Source: Lytechinus pictus | Lineage: Eukaryota | DNA length: 64,000 nucleotides | NCBI RefSeq assembly: GCF_037042905.1 | Contig: NC_087251.1 | Location: 32,304,001-32,368,000 of the forward strand | Direction: 5' to 3' | Shown: piece after piece, positions 52,023-64,000 of the stretch | Numbering within the stretch: the first letter of the stretch is position 1 | How the letters are laid out: each line of letters begins with the position of its first letter | The notes under the pieces: model-generated | Told to the model about the DNA's origin: nothing | The model's input: only the letters and a program-made list of their open reading frames with translations | The model's database searches: none | Translations under genes and position numbers: made by a program

Positions 52023-53239
52023 CTCCCAATAACTTGAATGTTATACCAAAATGCGCCATTAATAAATTAGTAAATAATTTTATTTTTATTCGCCATTCAC
52101 CGTTTACATTATTATGAAAAAAGAGTATTTCAGGTTTACTGATTGGTATAAGTTTATTCAACTTTAAGAATATATGTATGGGCATGGGAAGATATTAACG
52201 AAAAAGCAGTCTGTTAGAAGCGAGAAAAATGGAAATGTGCACAAGATCATTATTCTAAATACAATAGAAACTTCATTTTAATTGAATTTTATTGTGCAAT
52301 TTTATTGAGCAATTATTTAAGTCACTTTATAATATTTGAAGGGATGAAGAATAAAGAGAAGGAACCCATACGTTCATGCATACACATGCAATATTCAATA
52401 CCTCATGATATAGAAGACAGCTCGAGGTCAGGCATTATATCAATTTTAAAAGAAAACAACTTTAAGAAATGTTCGTATTTCCTATTCCATACACACACAC
52501 ACGCACGCACCCCCCCCCACACACGTAAATATCGGAAAAGGTAAGGTCCAAAAAATAGCTTTGGGTATATCTTAAAGATAAACAATCAAAACGTTGAACA
52601 TAAGAAAGTTATGGAATTTTAAATTTTCGCTTAATTTCACAAAACAGAGAGACGTTTATACATCATGTGTCCCGTAACACAATGGTTAATGATTGATGGC
52701 ACGCTAAAATTGTTATTGATTGTACATAGTCAATGGAATCAATCGTAGAAAAATGTTCTACGATCATTGCTAAGCTTTGTGTTACAGACTCCTGATCCGT
52801 GTACAAATATGTCAAATGAGGGAACTTATTACGTCGCCCACACTCTTTTAGATGTATCTTTGTTTTTCCTCGTTAAGATTTAAATACAAGTTTTGATTCC
52901 TACATAAACATATGGAATTGTTGCAACATATTGTGATTCCATGAAGAGCTCTCTTATTGTCAAATGTCAAATCTGCAAAACTAAAAATGAAATTTCGTAT
53001 TTCATTATAAAAAAAAAAATAGTTGAGTATGTGACATCATCAATTTCCTCTTCTGCATTATCACCTTTCTTGCGCATAACTTTTTTGTGAAAATAATCAA
53101 TATTTCAAAATGTCATAACTTTCTTATTATACCTCCGATTTCGATGAAATTGTCAATGTTATGATTCTATCTACTAATAAAAATAAGCATTTGTTGGGGG
53201 TAGGCTTCCCCTTTAACAACTCTATAAAACGGACCCATG

Positions 53240-53428
53240 ACATTTGCTCCGGCGACAATATTTATTGCTCCGATGGAAAATCTGCATGTTAAGCCAAACA
53301 TAGAACTAACTTCTCAAGCTAAATAAACCTAATCATTATCTGTATATTATTCTGTACAAAAAACTGTATCACAACGCTAACTCTAACCTTATGCCACCTG
53401 ATATATCATGACCGGAGCAAATGTCACG
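53240..53428. mobile_element. Small degenerate inverted-repeat element
   Basis: TGACATTTGCTCCGG is mirrored by CCGGAGCAAATGTCA about 170 bp downstream. Confidence 0.5.
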
Positions 53429-55988
53429 GAATATGTCATGTCCCCCTTTTGAACACCTACCATCGCCTGTATAGAGGCGAATCGTCGTCTCATTGTTGTT
53501 GGATGAATACCGCTCTCAACGTTCACTGATGGCTCACTCCACTTGGAAGAGACGTTTTAAAGAATTTGAAGGATCAACTCAATTTGGAGTAATTTGGAGT
53601 GAACTTAGAATGAACATCTTACAATAACGAACTTTTCACTTGCATTTCAATTGAAATTCACTCAGGGCGAAATTCACTCAACAACAAGTGAAAGTCACTC
53701 TTCATCCCGTAAATTTTATTCGTTCCCTCCGAGAACTCCTCTCGATTATTTTAGAGAGTCTCATGAAAACGCAATTGCTATTATATTGTGTTATAATCAC
53801 AATCCCTGGACTACTCTGAATAATATTAATGGCTGTATATACACTTTGATTATCTCAAGGTCATATTTTGTTGGCGAATCTCAAGACCAAACAAAAATTG
53901 ACCCATTGACACTATTGAGACTGACATATATTCTAACTCTAATTATGTTTAATTACATGCATTATGTAGCAAAAAAATTGTGAGTTCTCCTTCGTATGTA
54001 TTATGTTTACTTTTATCATTTTTTCTTCCGCATCCGCTGAAAGTATACACGTATAGTGCGAGCTGTATGCCCTTGCCCTATCCCTATATGTCATTGTTTA
54101 GGATTTCTATCCAACAAACATTTGAATTACTTCTCATCGGTTCGTTATAAGTCATGACCATTTTCCAATTTAAATATTAAAAATAATAATTTAGATTTAG
54201 AATTTATTTTAAAGAATAATATTGGAAATTATTCTGTTCGTTACGTTTCCATCTCATACGTTTTAGCTTACCTTAACGAAATTACATTTTCAAATACATG
54301 TTAGCGCCATCTATTGGTTCAAAATGAGCAACCGATGAAACAACGTTTGGTGAGTTTTGGGCGATTATATTCCTGATCCATTTAATCTGCATTGATCAAC
54401 TTAATTAGAAGTCAAATAGCTTTTTTGCGCGGGTACAGACGGTATCATAGCAACAGGGCATACTAAATATCACTCGTATCAAGTTAGCAGAATATTTTTT
54501 TCCGATATCAAACAATTAAAGGCACCATATAACATTTTGTTAGAAAATAAAGTATATTAATGTTCTTAATTTTTTTTCCAAATAACGATTGACTTTAAAG
54601 TTCAAAGCGTAAATTTCATGTCCTATTCAATTTTCATGAAAATTTATTAATATCGCAACTTTGATGATATAACATTCATAATCACCTAGCAAACATTCCT
54701 AAGCACCTCGCATTACATCCAAGGGATATAATAACTTGAAGAGTCACACGAAATTTAACAGTCTTACGTTCAAATATAGATAATGAAATTGGTATTTTTA
54801 AGATTAAACTCGTAATACCGTTTCTAACTTTTTATTGACATTTTTTTTCTATGGATGGGCTCTAAGAAGCAAGATATATGTATTGTCTAAACTTGACCAG
54901 TTATATAAAGAAGATGAATGCATGTTATCAAAATAACATAGCATTGATGTTAATTAAATGACATTTGTAGATTATTGTAAATTGCAGACAATATCAATGC
55001 CGTTAAGGCAAGATCATATCACTGTATTCTGAAAGAAGCACGTATGATGTATATCATGCATATTCGCACACGTTTTTTATATAGTCTAACCAAGAACCAC
55101 GACATATATTTTCAATTTACTGAATGAAAACTGAAAAAAGAGAACTGCGTTATAAGTCACCATATCTAATTCAATTCAGCCACCACTGTTGGAAATCATT
55201 CAAGTGTGAAATAATCCTGCACTCTGTGAGTATGCCGACAGAGTGTCAAGGATTTTAATTAATATTTTTATGAGTTATTTTTACACCTCAGAAAGCACAG
55301 CCTTCAATTATAGATAGGTTACCTTGGTGGAAAAATACACTTTTTTATTAAAACAAACGCAAACGCAGGAATGAAGTTGATTAATTATTGTTTACCAACA
55401 TTATAATACAATTGAATCATTAACCAGTGACATTTTATAGCAATATATGTGTTTTCCCAACGACATTATTAGTTCTGTTTGTAATACACATCTTAGTAAC
55501 ACAAATAATAGGAAGAATGTCATCCACAACAAATTAATTTCCATGACAGTTGATTTTTTTAGTCTATACTATGTACATGATATATGTTCATATAAGTATA
55601 GGACTTCTTTATTCCTCATATACTTGTTACCAATTTAAGAAGATCTACGGCCCATTTTCAAGAATTTATCTATTTTGAAATATATTCAATTTCATATGAG
55701 ATTTGATATAGAGGTCTTTTAAAATCATTTGCAGAGATGAAGTTTGTATGCAGATGTAAGCAATGTAAAATAAGCAGTAAGAGTTGAATCATCATCATCA
55801 TCATCATATTTTATTATTGCTTTTGTTTCTTTCATCATCCTCGCTTAATTTTATTCATTTAACAGACAATATAACCAATCTGTCATGAATGTTCGTTTTG
55901 CCGTTGATGAATAATAGCAATACAACATAAATGATAATAGTTATAATGATGATAATGACGACGATGATGATAATAGTAATACTGGTAA

Positions 55989-56723
55989 AGCCAGGGTTAC
56001 ACTGGGAGTGAATCAGCTGCGAATCCATCCGAATACACGTATTCGGTGGTTTCTGGAGTATTCTGTTCTCTCTCTACGAATGCGAGAAAATTCGGGAGGG
56101 ATTCGGAAACATTCGCGGAGGAATTCTGTTCGTTTTGAAATGTTCAAAACCAGCCGAATACCCTCCAAAATACTCCCAAATATGGTCATAACAAATTTCA
56201 TTAGGGCCACATTTGGGATGTATTCAGATGACATTCGGTCGGATTAGGGAGGCGTTCGGAGTATTCTGGGCAGATTCGGACCTATTCGTATCATTCGGGG
56301 CGTAATGGTTCGAGCTCGGGGCATTCGGCCATTGTCTTCTGATTCGGGTCAACATTTGGGCCCTTTGGGTCGTCATTCGGCTGTAATCGGAGCAACCAGG
56401 CCACATTCGGCTCGATTCTTGCCACTATTCGGGTGGCATTCGGCTATATTCGGGATGGTCAAAATTGATTCGGGTCAATTCTTGGCGATTCTGTGCTTAA
56501 TCGGGACCTATTCGGGACCCATTCGTCTCTCTTCGGGGAGCTCCCCGAATCAGAGACGAATAAGTTCCAAAACCAACGACTTGCGGGTCACAGTGATTCA
56601 GTTCGTATTTCGCCTCCCAGGCACAGGTGACGCCAAAACAAATAATAATAATAATCAAGCCATATTCAGGCAGAATCGGTACGAATTTATTCGGGAGAAT
56701 TCAGTTTTGGTGTAACCCAAGCT
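55989..56723. mobile_element. PIF/Harbinger-like non-autonomous element, ATTCG-rich
   Basis: TIR AGCCAGGGTTACAC / AGCTTGGGTTACAC (12/14), 3-bp TSD TAA on both sides, and dozens of internal ATTCGG/CCGAAT words. Confidence 0.8.
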
Positions 56724-57859
56724 TAACAATAATATTGATAATAATGATAATAACAATAATGATGATGATTATAATAATAATAGTAATAATAATTAATAAT
56801 AAAAATAATAATGATAGCATTTGAAATCCGTTCTTTTATAGCGTATAACATATAATGTCCCTATTATGAAACAACAGAAACAAGTACGAACTAATAAATG
56901 AAATTAGGAAGTGCATTCTATAGAATGGAATCAAGATGGAGAGATAGTGGTTCACTTTCATTTTCCTTTCATTATACATGTATAATATCTTGTACATTAT
57001 TTTCATTGAATATTTCAGAGTCATTGAACCAAAAGTTCAATGACTTCTAATTCTATATCGTTATTATCAAACGGATTCGATTTCCTTGGCTCCAGACTAT
57101 AATTCCCCACACATTTGATCTTACTTAGAATTTTGTACCATAGCATCTATCATGTCTAACGGACAACAGTGAAAATCGAGTCCGAATTGACGGAGACTAT
57201 TTCAAGTAAAAAGCAGGTAAGTATAAGGTTATATTCCCTGAAAATACACCAAGGGAGTCGTTATAATATTCTATTTCACCAACATGTCCGTCATGATTTC
57301 ACCAGGGGAGACTAAAAAAAGGAAACAAAAGAAAACCATCTATCATGGGGAGATATTCATCATTATTTCTCAAGCGAAAGCATCCTAGTTTGGGATGCAT
57401 GTGTATGGTACGGAACCATTAAAGCGTGATCAATTAAACCTAACCATGAACGAAAAGGACTCGGGCACGAGTAAAAAAATAAAAAGGGTATGTGTCGGGG
57501 GGGGGGGGCCTCGCTCGGAGACATGGTGTTCTATCAATCCCCGTTACTTCTTTTTCATTCACGAAATCCATATGATTTTTTTATTTTCTTTTCAAGTAAA
57601 GCAGCAGAAAGCTGTCCTGTCGAGTTCCTGCGGGAGAATACCATACCAGAAACAGATCAACAAATGATTTTTTCAGCTTTATTTTTTATGGTGATAATAA
57701 TTTTAAACATTCCTTATCTGTTTAATTATTGATCATTTATCAATAAAACAAGAGTTGAGAATTTCAAAGAAGTGTCGCACAGTGTGCTCACATAGTGGAT
57801 TATGTGATGATGTAATTCACACTGTTAAAATACAAAAATTAAACAGTTTGACCATGATT

Positions 57860-59100
57860 TCACACTGTGTTACACACTGAGGGGCATACTGAACACTCTG
57901 AGAATACACTATAGACAAACTGTACAAACACTATGAACACACTGTGAATACGACCAGGGGCACACTGTGAACACAGTATAGACAAACTGTAAACACACTA
58001 TGAACACACTGTGAACACACTATAGACAAACTGTAAACACACTATGAACACACTGTGAATACAATCAGGGGCACACTGTGAATACAACCAGGGGCATACT
58101 GTGAACACACTATAGACACACTGTAAACACACTATGAACACACTGCGAATACAACCAGGGACACACTGTGAACACACTATGGACACACTGTAAACACACT
58201 ATGAATACACTTTGACACTGAACACACTGTGAACACAACCAGGGACACACTGTGGACACACTATAGACACACCGTAAATACACTATGAACACAGAACACA
58301 CTGTGGATACAACGAGGGGAACACTGTGAACACACTGTGAACACACTTAGGGGAACACTGAACAGACTGTGAACACAGAACACACTGTGAATACAACCAG
58401 GGACACACTGTGAACACACTATAGACACATCGTAAACACACTATGAACACAGAACACACTGTGAATACAACCAGGGGCACACTGTGAACACACTATGGAC
58501 ACACTGTAAACACACTATGAATACACTTTGACACTGAACACACTGTGAACACAACCAGGGACACACTGTGGACACACTATAGACACACCGTAAACACAAT
58601 ATGAACACACTGTGAATACAACCAGGGGCACACTGTGAACACACTATGGACACACTGTAAACACACTATGAATACACAATGAACACTGAACACACTGTGA
58701 ACACAACCAGAGGCACACTGTGAACACACTATAGACACAACGTAAACACACTATGAACACACCGTGAACACTGGAGGGAACTCTGAACACACCGTGAACA
58801 CAACCAGGGGCATACTGTGAATAAACTGTGAACACACTGTAAACACACTATTAACACACTCTGAATACCCTGTGAACACAACCAGGGGAACAGTGTGAAC
58901 ACACTATGGACGCAGTGTAAACACACTCTGAAGACACTAGGGGGCACAATGTGAACCCACTGCGGGACACACTGTAAAGAGACTGTGAACACACTGAGGG
59001 GTACCATGTGGACACACTGAGGGTGCGTTACGGCACATTTTTGTAACATAAATTTGTTATCAAAATGTGACTAACAAGGGGCACACTGTGAACACACTGT
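57860..59100. repeat. Complex minisatellite of ACACACT(G/A)T(G/A)A-type ~11-mers punctuated by A(T/C)ACAACCAGGG(G/A)C
   Basis: Directly visible. A distinctive block containing TTTGACACTG recurs at 58211 and 58527 (316-bp offset). Confidence 0.92.
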
Positions 59101-60487
59101 GGGATGAACAGGGAAGACGGCCCCTATGACTTTCCTGAACAAAGGGGGAAAGTGAGAAAATTGGAGGAAAAGAGGGAGAAAGAAGAATGTCAGAAATAGA
59201 GATATGGGCCGTGATACTCTACATTACCCCCCCCCCCTCTTATTAATATTAAGAAAAAAATTACATCACATTTTGCTAGTTCCCCCCCCCCCTCTCAATC
59301 CTACATCAAAATGCACTGGCTCATTCGATGGATAGGAGAGAACAATAGAGGAAAAATAACAGATAAAGAATATAAAACAGAAATTGTATATGTAAACACT
59401 CAGATGCGCAGGACCTACGATTGAAAAACGTGCATGCAAATATATCGATGATATTATGTAATCATGCAACAATAATCTAATGTTCTCGTAACAAGAGAAA
59501 TTGATTAGAAATAACTAGATCACGAAGCAGTCGATAATATCATGGTTGGCGGTACAGCGAAGGAGACGCGCGATGGAGATAATCATCATCCATTAATAAA
59601 TTGAAAAAAAATATTGTCAAGTGATCATTTCTGAATGTTTATTGGAATGGAATCTCAATCACTTGATGAATCCATCACCGTGATTAAAAACATTCCAAGA
59701 CCAAAGGATTCGGAGCCATTCTTGTAAGGTAGGCGAGGGGTAATGTGAAATGCTGGAAAAGAACTTGCACGAAATTAATTTTATAATTAAGTATAAAAAA
59801 AGATATACAATACTTATTGTCATATTTGATACAAAGTTTATCTCAATTCTTGACAGGTTTACTTTCACTTGGTCTAAAAGCGGTTGGTCTACTCCTCAGA
59901 CAGTTTAATACAATATGGACTTAATCCATTTTGTCGACATCAATTTGGTCTAATTACCCTTTGGGTATACACTAGATTGGTCTGATACCCGCTTAGAATA
60001 TTTCTTAATTAGTCTTAATGACAAGATGGTTTAATTTCCATATCGTCCAATTAATAATTTTTGCACTATGTCAAATGAAAATTCGATTTATAAGCAGTTC
60101 ATCTAACCACAATACGTCACTGCTACATCCGAGCAAATTGAGACTTGAAAGTAGCGACAACTGATTACGTGTGGCGGCCGCGCCGTGGCAACGTAGTGCA
60201 GTTAATGCTATGTTACTGTCGTGTCCGCTACGTCTATGCTACATCGGTGAAGCTGTAAGTAGGTCCTAAGAAGGTCTTTTCTGTGTCATTAATACACACT
60301 CACTACTACACATTGTTCAGACAGCTGTCCCGCTACGTTGACTTTTGACATGTAGAATATGCCACGTCAATGAGAGTCTTCGATAAGCTCTTAGTACGCT
60401 TTAGCCGTTCCCATTGCGTCACGACCATTTTCCGTTGATGTAACAAGAACTGCATGAACATAGAGCGTTGGTGTGAAGACACCTTTA

Positions 60488-61356
60488 AGCCCGAATACAC
60501 CGAAGGAAGTTCAACACCTTTTTCATTTATACTCTAGAGGTCAGACAGGTAACATCCCAGACCTACCACTTCGACCAGCAGTCGTTGCTACGTTCTTTTC
60601 ATCTATGCTATGTCGATGGAGCTGTTAGTATAGGTCATTTGAAGGTCCTTACTGCGTCATTACTGTGCACTGTTCAGACGGTGCTCCCGCTACGTGTACT
60701 TTGGACATGTTCAAAGGGCATTTTTTTGTAGCGGAATATGGGTCTCCGGAGATCATGTAGACCAGCGCTTCTCAACTTTTTTTTACTCGAGGACCACTTT
60801 GACTCTTAGATTTTTTTCGAGGCCCACCAACCAAAAATTTAAGAAAACGGCCATTTTGATGAATTTTTTTTTCGTGTAATCATGGTAATTTGAACACAAT
60901 GTTCTGAAGGACATTCGAAACAAACAGTTTGAAAACTAATCTGCATTCGCAAATGTCCAGTAAAAGGGCGACAATAATAATGCACACGAGGTTCACATCA
61001 AAGTTAGATTAAAACCACAGTGTGCATGTGCATGCTTTGCAACATGCATGATACCTATATGCGTGCTTTAGTTTTGTTTGACCCACGTAGACCGATCGGA
61101 CATAACATGTTCGGACAGGTCTGTGAAACATACTATAGTTTTTACCCTATTTGTTTTCTTCCTCTGGAGCTTCTCGTGGCCCACCTGAGAGAGCTTCGCG
61201 GCCCACCCATTGAGAAGCGCTTATGTAGACCATGCCACGTCAATAACAGATCTCGCTTCGCTCTCTGTACGCTGTATAGCAGTTCCCAAGGCGTCATGGG
61301 CATTTTTCTTTGACGCAGCGAGGACTGCATGGACGTAGCGTTGGTGTAATTGGGGT
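60488..61356. mobile_element. Old Harbinger-like element interrupted by a hAT MITE; a diverged related copy lies at ~60120-60485
   Basis: Imperfect TIR AGCCCGAATACACC / ACCCCAATTACACC. Internal segments such as TGTTCAGAC...TCCCGCTACGT align with 60230-60360. Confidence 0.45.
60763..61222. mobile_element. hAT (Charlie-like) MITE
   Basis: TIR CAGCGCTTCTCAA (12/13) and perfect 8-bp TSD ATGTAGAC, similar to the NTCTAGAN target preference of Charlie elements. Confidence 0.88.
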
Positions 61357-63677
61357 ATAGAAATAGTTTAATTTAATCATTCTTTGTGTTATAAATTGGA
61401 TTGCAGTGGGCTTGATCCTCCGTAGTATGTTAAATAAACGTGATTAATGAATAAATATATATATTTGAAAAAATATGTGCAATGGCGCAGCATTTAGGTT
61501 GGAAATGTTGCTGCTTCCGTGTTTTGTCCTCGACACGTTTGACCTCTAGCTAACTTCTAATAATTTGGGACCTCCAATTTGGGGACCTGACCGCACCGCA
61601 GATGACTTCATGGGCACTTGAGCCGACAGCGGAAGTCAGGAAAGTCGTGATGATCTTAGAACATCGCCAAGACAATAAAGATTTGTTTTTCTTAAAGTGC
61701 TTGGAAGTCAGTAGCAACGTCCAAATTTTAGTCGAGACCACAATCATGTACCTGCATGCGGACATTTTCAACTATCCCGAATATCAAGTGTAGGGGGGGG
61801 CTTAGACATTGCGTTGACGCTTTTGAAAATATCCGATCAGGTTGCCGAATGAATGGGGATTACGAATTTTGCATTTGACGTCTTGCTCTGCTGTTGTCAA
61901 TGCCGTGGTTGATGCCTGATTTGAAAGGTACTTTGCAATTACCGTCATCCGCATCGCCGATTGGGGTAAGACGCGCCTGTTTGGAAATTCAAATAATATA
62001 CATACATTTCTTTTCTCATTGTGGTGAACACATAGGCCTAATTGATTTTGCTTTTGCCATTATTTTTTAATGGAAAATAAAATATTCAGAAAGAGTATTA
62101 TGAGACAACATTTATAAAATGATACATTTTTTGTGTGTTCTTGTCGAAAAGGAACGAGTGATTGTGTGTATGTGTTAAAAGAAGCATATGCCAAGGAAAG
62201 GGGGAAAGAAAGGTGGAGAAAGTGAAGGAGACAGAGAGAGAGGGGGAGCCCCGAGGAAGGAATGAGGGTGAGAGAGAGAGAGAGACAGAGGGGGAGGGAG
62301 GAGAGAGAGGATGGGAGAAATGGGTTTGGGATTGCGCTGCCCGTCTAGCGTGCTAATATTTGTCAAAATGAATTGGTCGAGTCTTGCTGTCATGGCAACG
62401 AGATTTGGCGTCTAAGCGCTGGAAGAAAATCACCCGACCACGCATGCTCTGTTTAAATAACTCATTTCCATTTCGCCCGACTCTCCTATTCTCCACCACT
62501 CTCGCTGCTTAATTGTCACCGCTGCATGCAAGCGGACCAAGTTAAGCCAAGGTAGTATGAGGGATCGGAGTAACAAATGGTTAATAATTCAGGTTCGTAT
62601 GTCTATGCGCATGACAGCATAGTGGCGACACAGAATCATTTGGTGTAGGCGCGAGCGTTCTATTCGATACACTGTCATCACCATCATCATCATTTGGAGT
62701 AGTCAGGGAAGAATATGAGAGGCGAACAAGCACCCGATCAGACTAAAATGGCAGCATCTAACAAGCATACAATCTGCCGTTAAACATGTATTTTTGTTTC
62801 CATTGCCGAGGAGCATCACCTCTCACCTATTTTCTTCTGGATATGATTTCCCTGGAATATACCATTCTAGCTATTTGAAAATTAAGTTGCATCCTTTCTT
62901 ACTCTCATTCCCATGTTGGGGGGGATTTGGATCCCCGTTGGATGAAAGCAAGACAGAGATCAAATTCTCAGTCGTTCTCATGATTATTTGTCGTGGCAAC
63001 CTCACCAACAAGAGGAATTTACAGTGGAAACATCGGTGATTGAAAGAAAATGCCAATGGCTCGACGAGGGTTAGTAGCCCCACAGAATACCTTTCTGGAG
63101 AATATTATCAGAAGGTCATCGATTCAACGTAAGTACTATCTCAAAATCATCAGTACAATTAGCTGTGCCCAAGCAATGCTTATTTTTATAGTATCCGGCG
63201 ATCGATGTAAAATGTTTGAATGCATTTGAAAGTATTTGATTATATACTTTTCTTATGTTATGAGTGTTTTATCATTTCATTTTTTTCGGCTGTGAATGAC
63301 ACGAGTAAACATTCAAACCTTTCAGCAGTCGAGCAAAACGAAATTAAGAACCCGACGTTCTTCAGCGATATGATTATCAATTGCCTTCCCTGCGTTCCTA
63401 CCAAACAAAACACATTTGCCAGGAAAAGTATATGAATTTAAAGATACACCATAACATTGTTTAGATTACACGAAACCACCTGTCAAAAAGACAAATTTCG
63501 GTTAAAAGGTTGCCAAAGGTTCAGAGGATTTTCTAAATTGAAACTAAGGTAAATTTCATATCGCAAATAAAATGTTTAATGAAAGACGAAAACATAAAAA
63601 GAATGGAATCAATTCAATAGTTTTCAAATTCTTCATCCTTTCTATTCCGCGTGTTGGATACATAGGTAGAGACACAA

Positions 63678-63814
63678 CAGGGGCCGCAGAAGCGGAAACG
63701 GATTTTTTTTTCCAAAATCGTGTACAAAAACGTAAAAATTACCGTAGGGTTGTGATTTTTTGGATGGTCAGCCCCCCCCCCCCCCCCACTTTGAAAACCG
63801 TTCCGCGGCCCCTG
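63678..63814 (-). mobile_element. MITE family A, copy 3 (inverted, internally deleted)
   Basis: Reverse complement of the 28576 copy core. Ends CAGGGGCCGC...GCGGCCCCTG. Confidence 0.8.
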
Positions 63815-64000
63815 CAACAGAGACAAAGAGTTCATCTTCGCGAGGAAATGCATTCAGTTCCAATAAAATACTTTACTCATGCCATTATGATCAGCGCAAT
63901 ACAAGATCCCGTCTCTTGAATTAGTCCATGATTTAAACATCACTGGAAACATATGCGCCTCTTGTGCCCCTCTGGGCGATATAGGGTAAAGGTAGCAAAT

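Noticed and set aside
56008..56715. Overlapping ORFs of up to 136 aa
   Set aside because: They lie inside the ATTCG-rich non-autonomous element and show no transposase or Myb-like motifs.
57860..59100. Many CACAGTG (minus strand) and CACTATG words resembling RAG RSS / ProtoRAG heptamers; Cys/Val-rich ORFs
   Set aside because: I saw no nonamer at 12/23 spacing. The words are simply the satellite monomer, and the ORFs are translations of the repeat.
1..64000. Exact Schnurri-type silencer GRCGNC-N5-GTCT(G)
   Set aside because: A manual scan found only one-mismatch versions. No exact site can be claimed without a computational scan.

Overview
AT-rich eukaryotic genomic DNA. It is probably from an echinoderm such as a sea urchin; this is inferred from base composition, repeat families and gene architecture and is not proven. 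The left 38 kb holds one complete minus-strand gene that I assembled by hand from GT-AG splice sites and intron phases. It has 12 coding exons (37931 to 132) and an open 1701-nt CDS of about 566 aa. It encodes an invertebrate-type SMOC (SPARC-related modular calcium-binding protein; Pentagone/Magu-like) with the order signal peptide, Kazal/follistatin, thyroglobulin-1, EC (2 EF-hands), acidic linker, thyroglobulin-1, EC (2 EF-hands), short tail. The ORF track does not show both EF-hand exons, the three linker micro-exons or the two terminal exons in their coding frame. I found no recognisable protein-coding gene in the right 26 kb. That part is upstream sequence with many non-autonomous DNA transposons (intact TIRs and TSDs, three cases of nesting), a complex minisatellite and microsatellites. 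The most notable points are the basic heparin-binding-like patch sitting in the internal EC domain rather than the C-terminal one, frame-preserving linker micro-exons (one with an acidic Ser-Gly motif), a possible upstream phase-1 signal-peptide exon, and similar-ended elements with 5-bp versus 8-bp TSDs. I found no convincing wholly new biological system.
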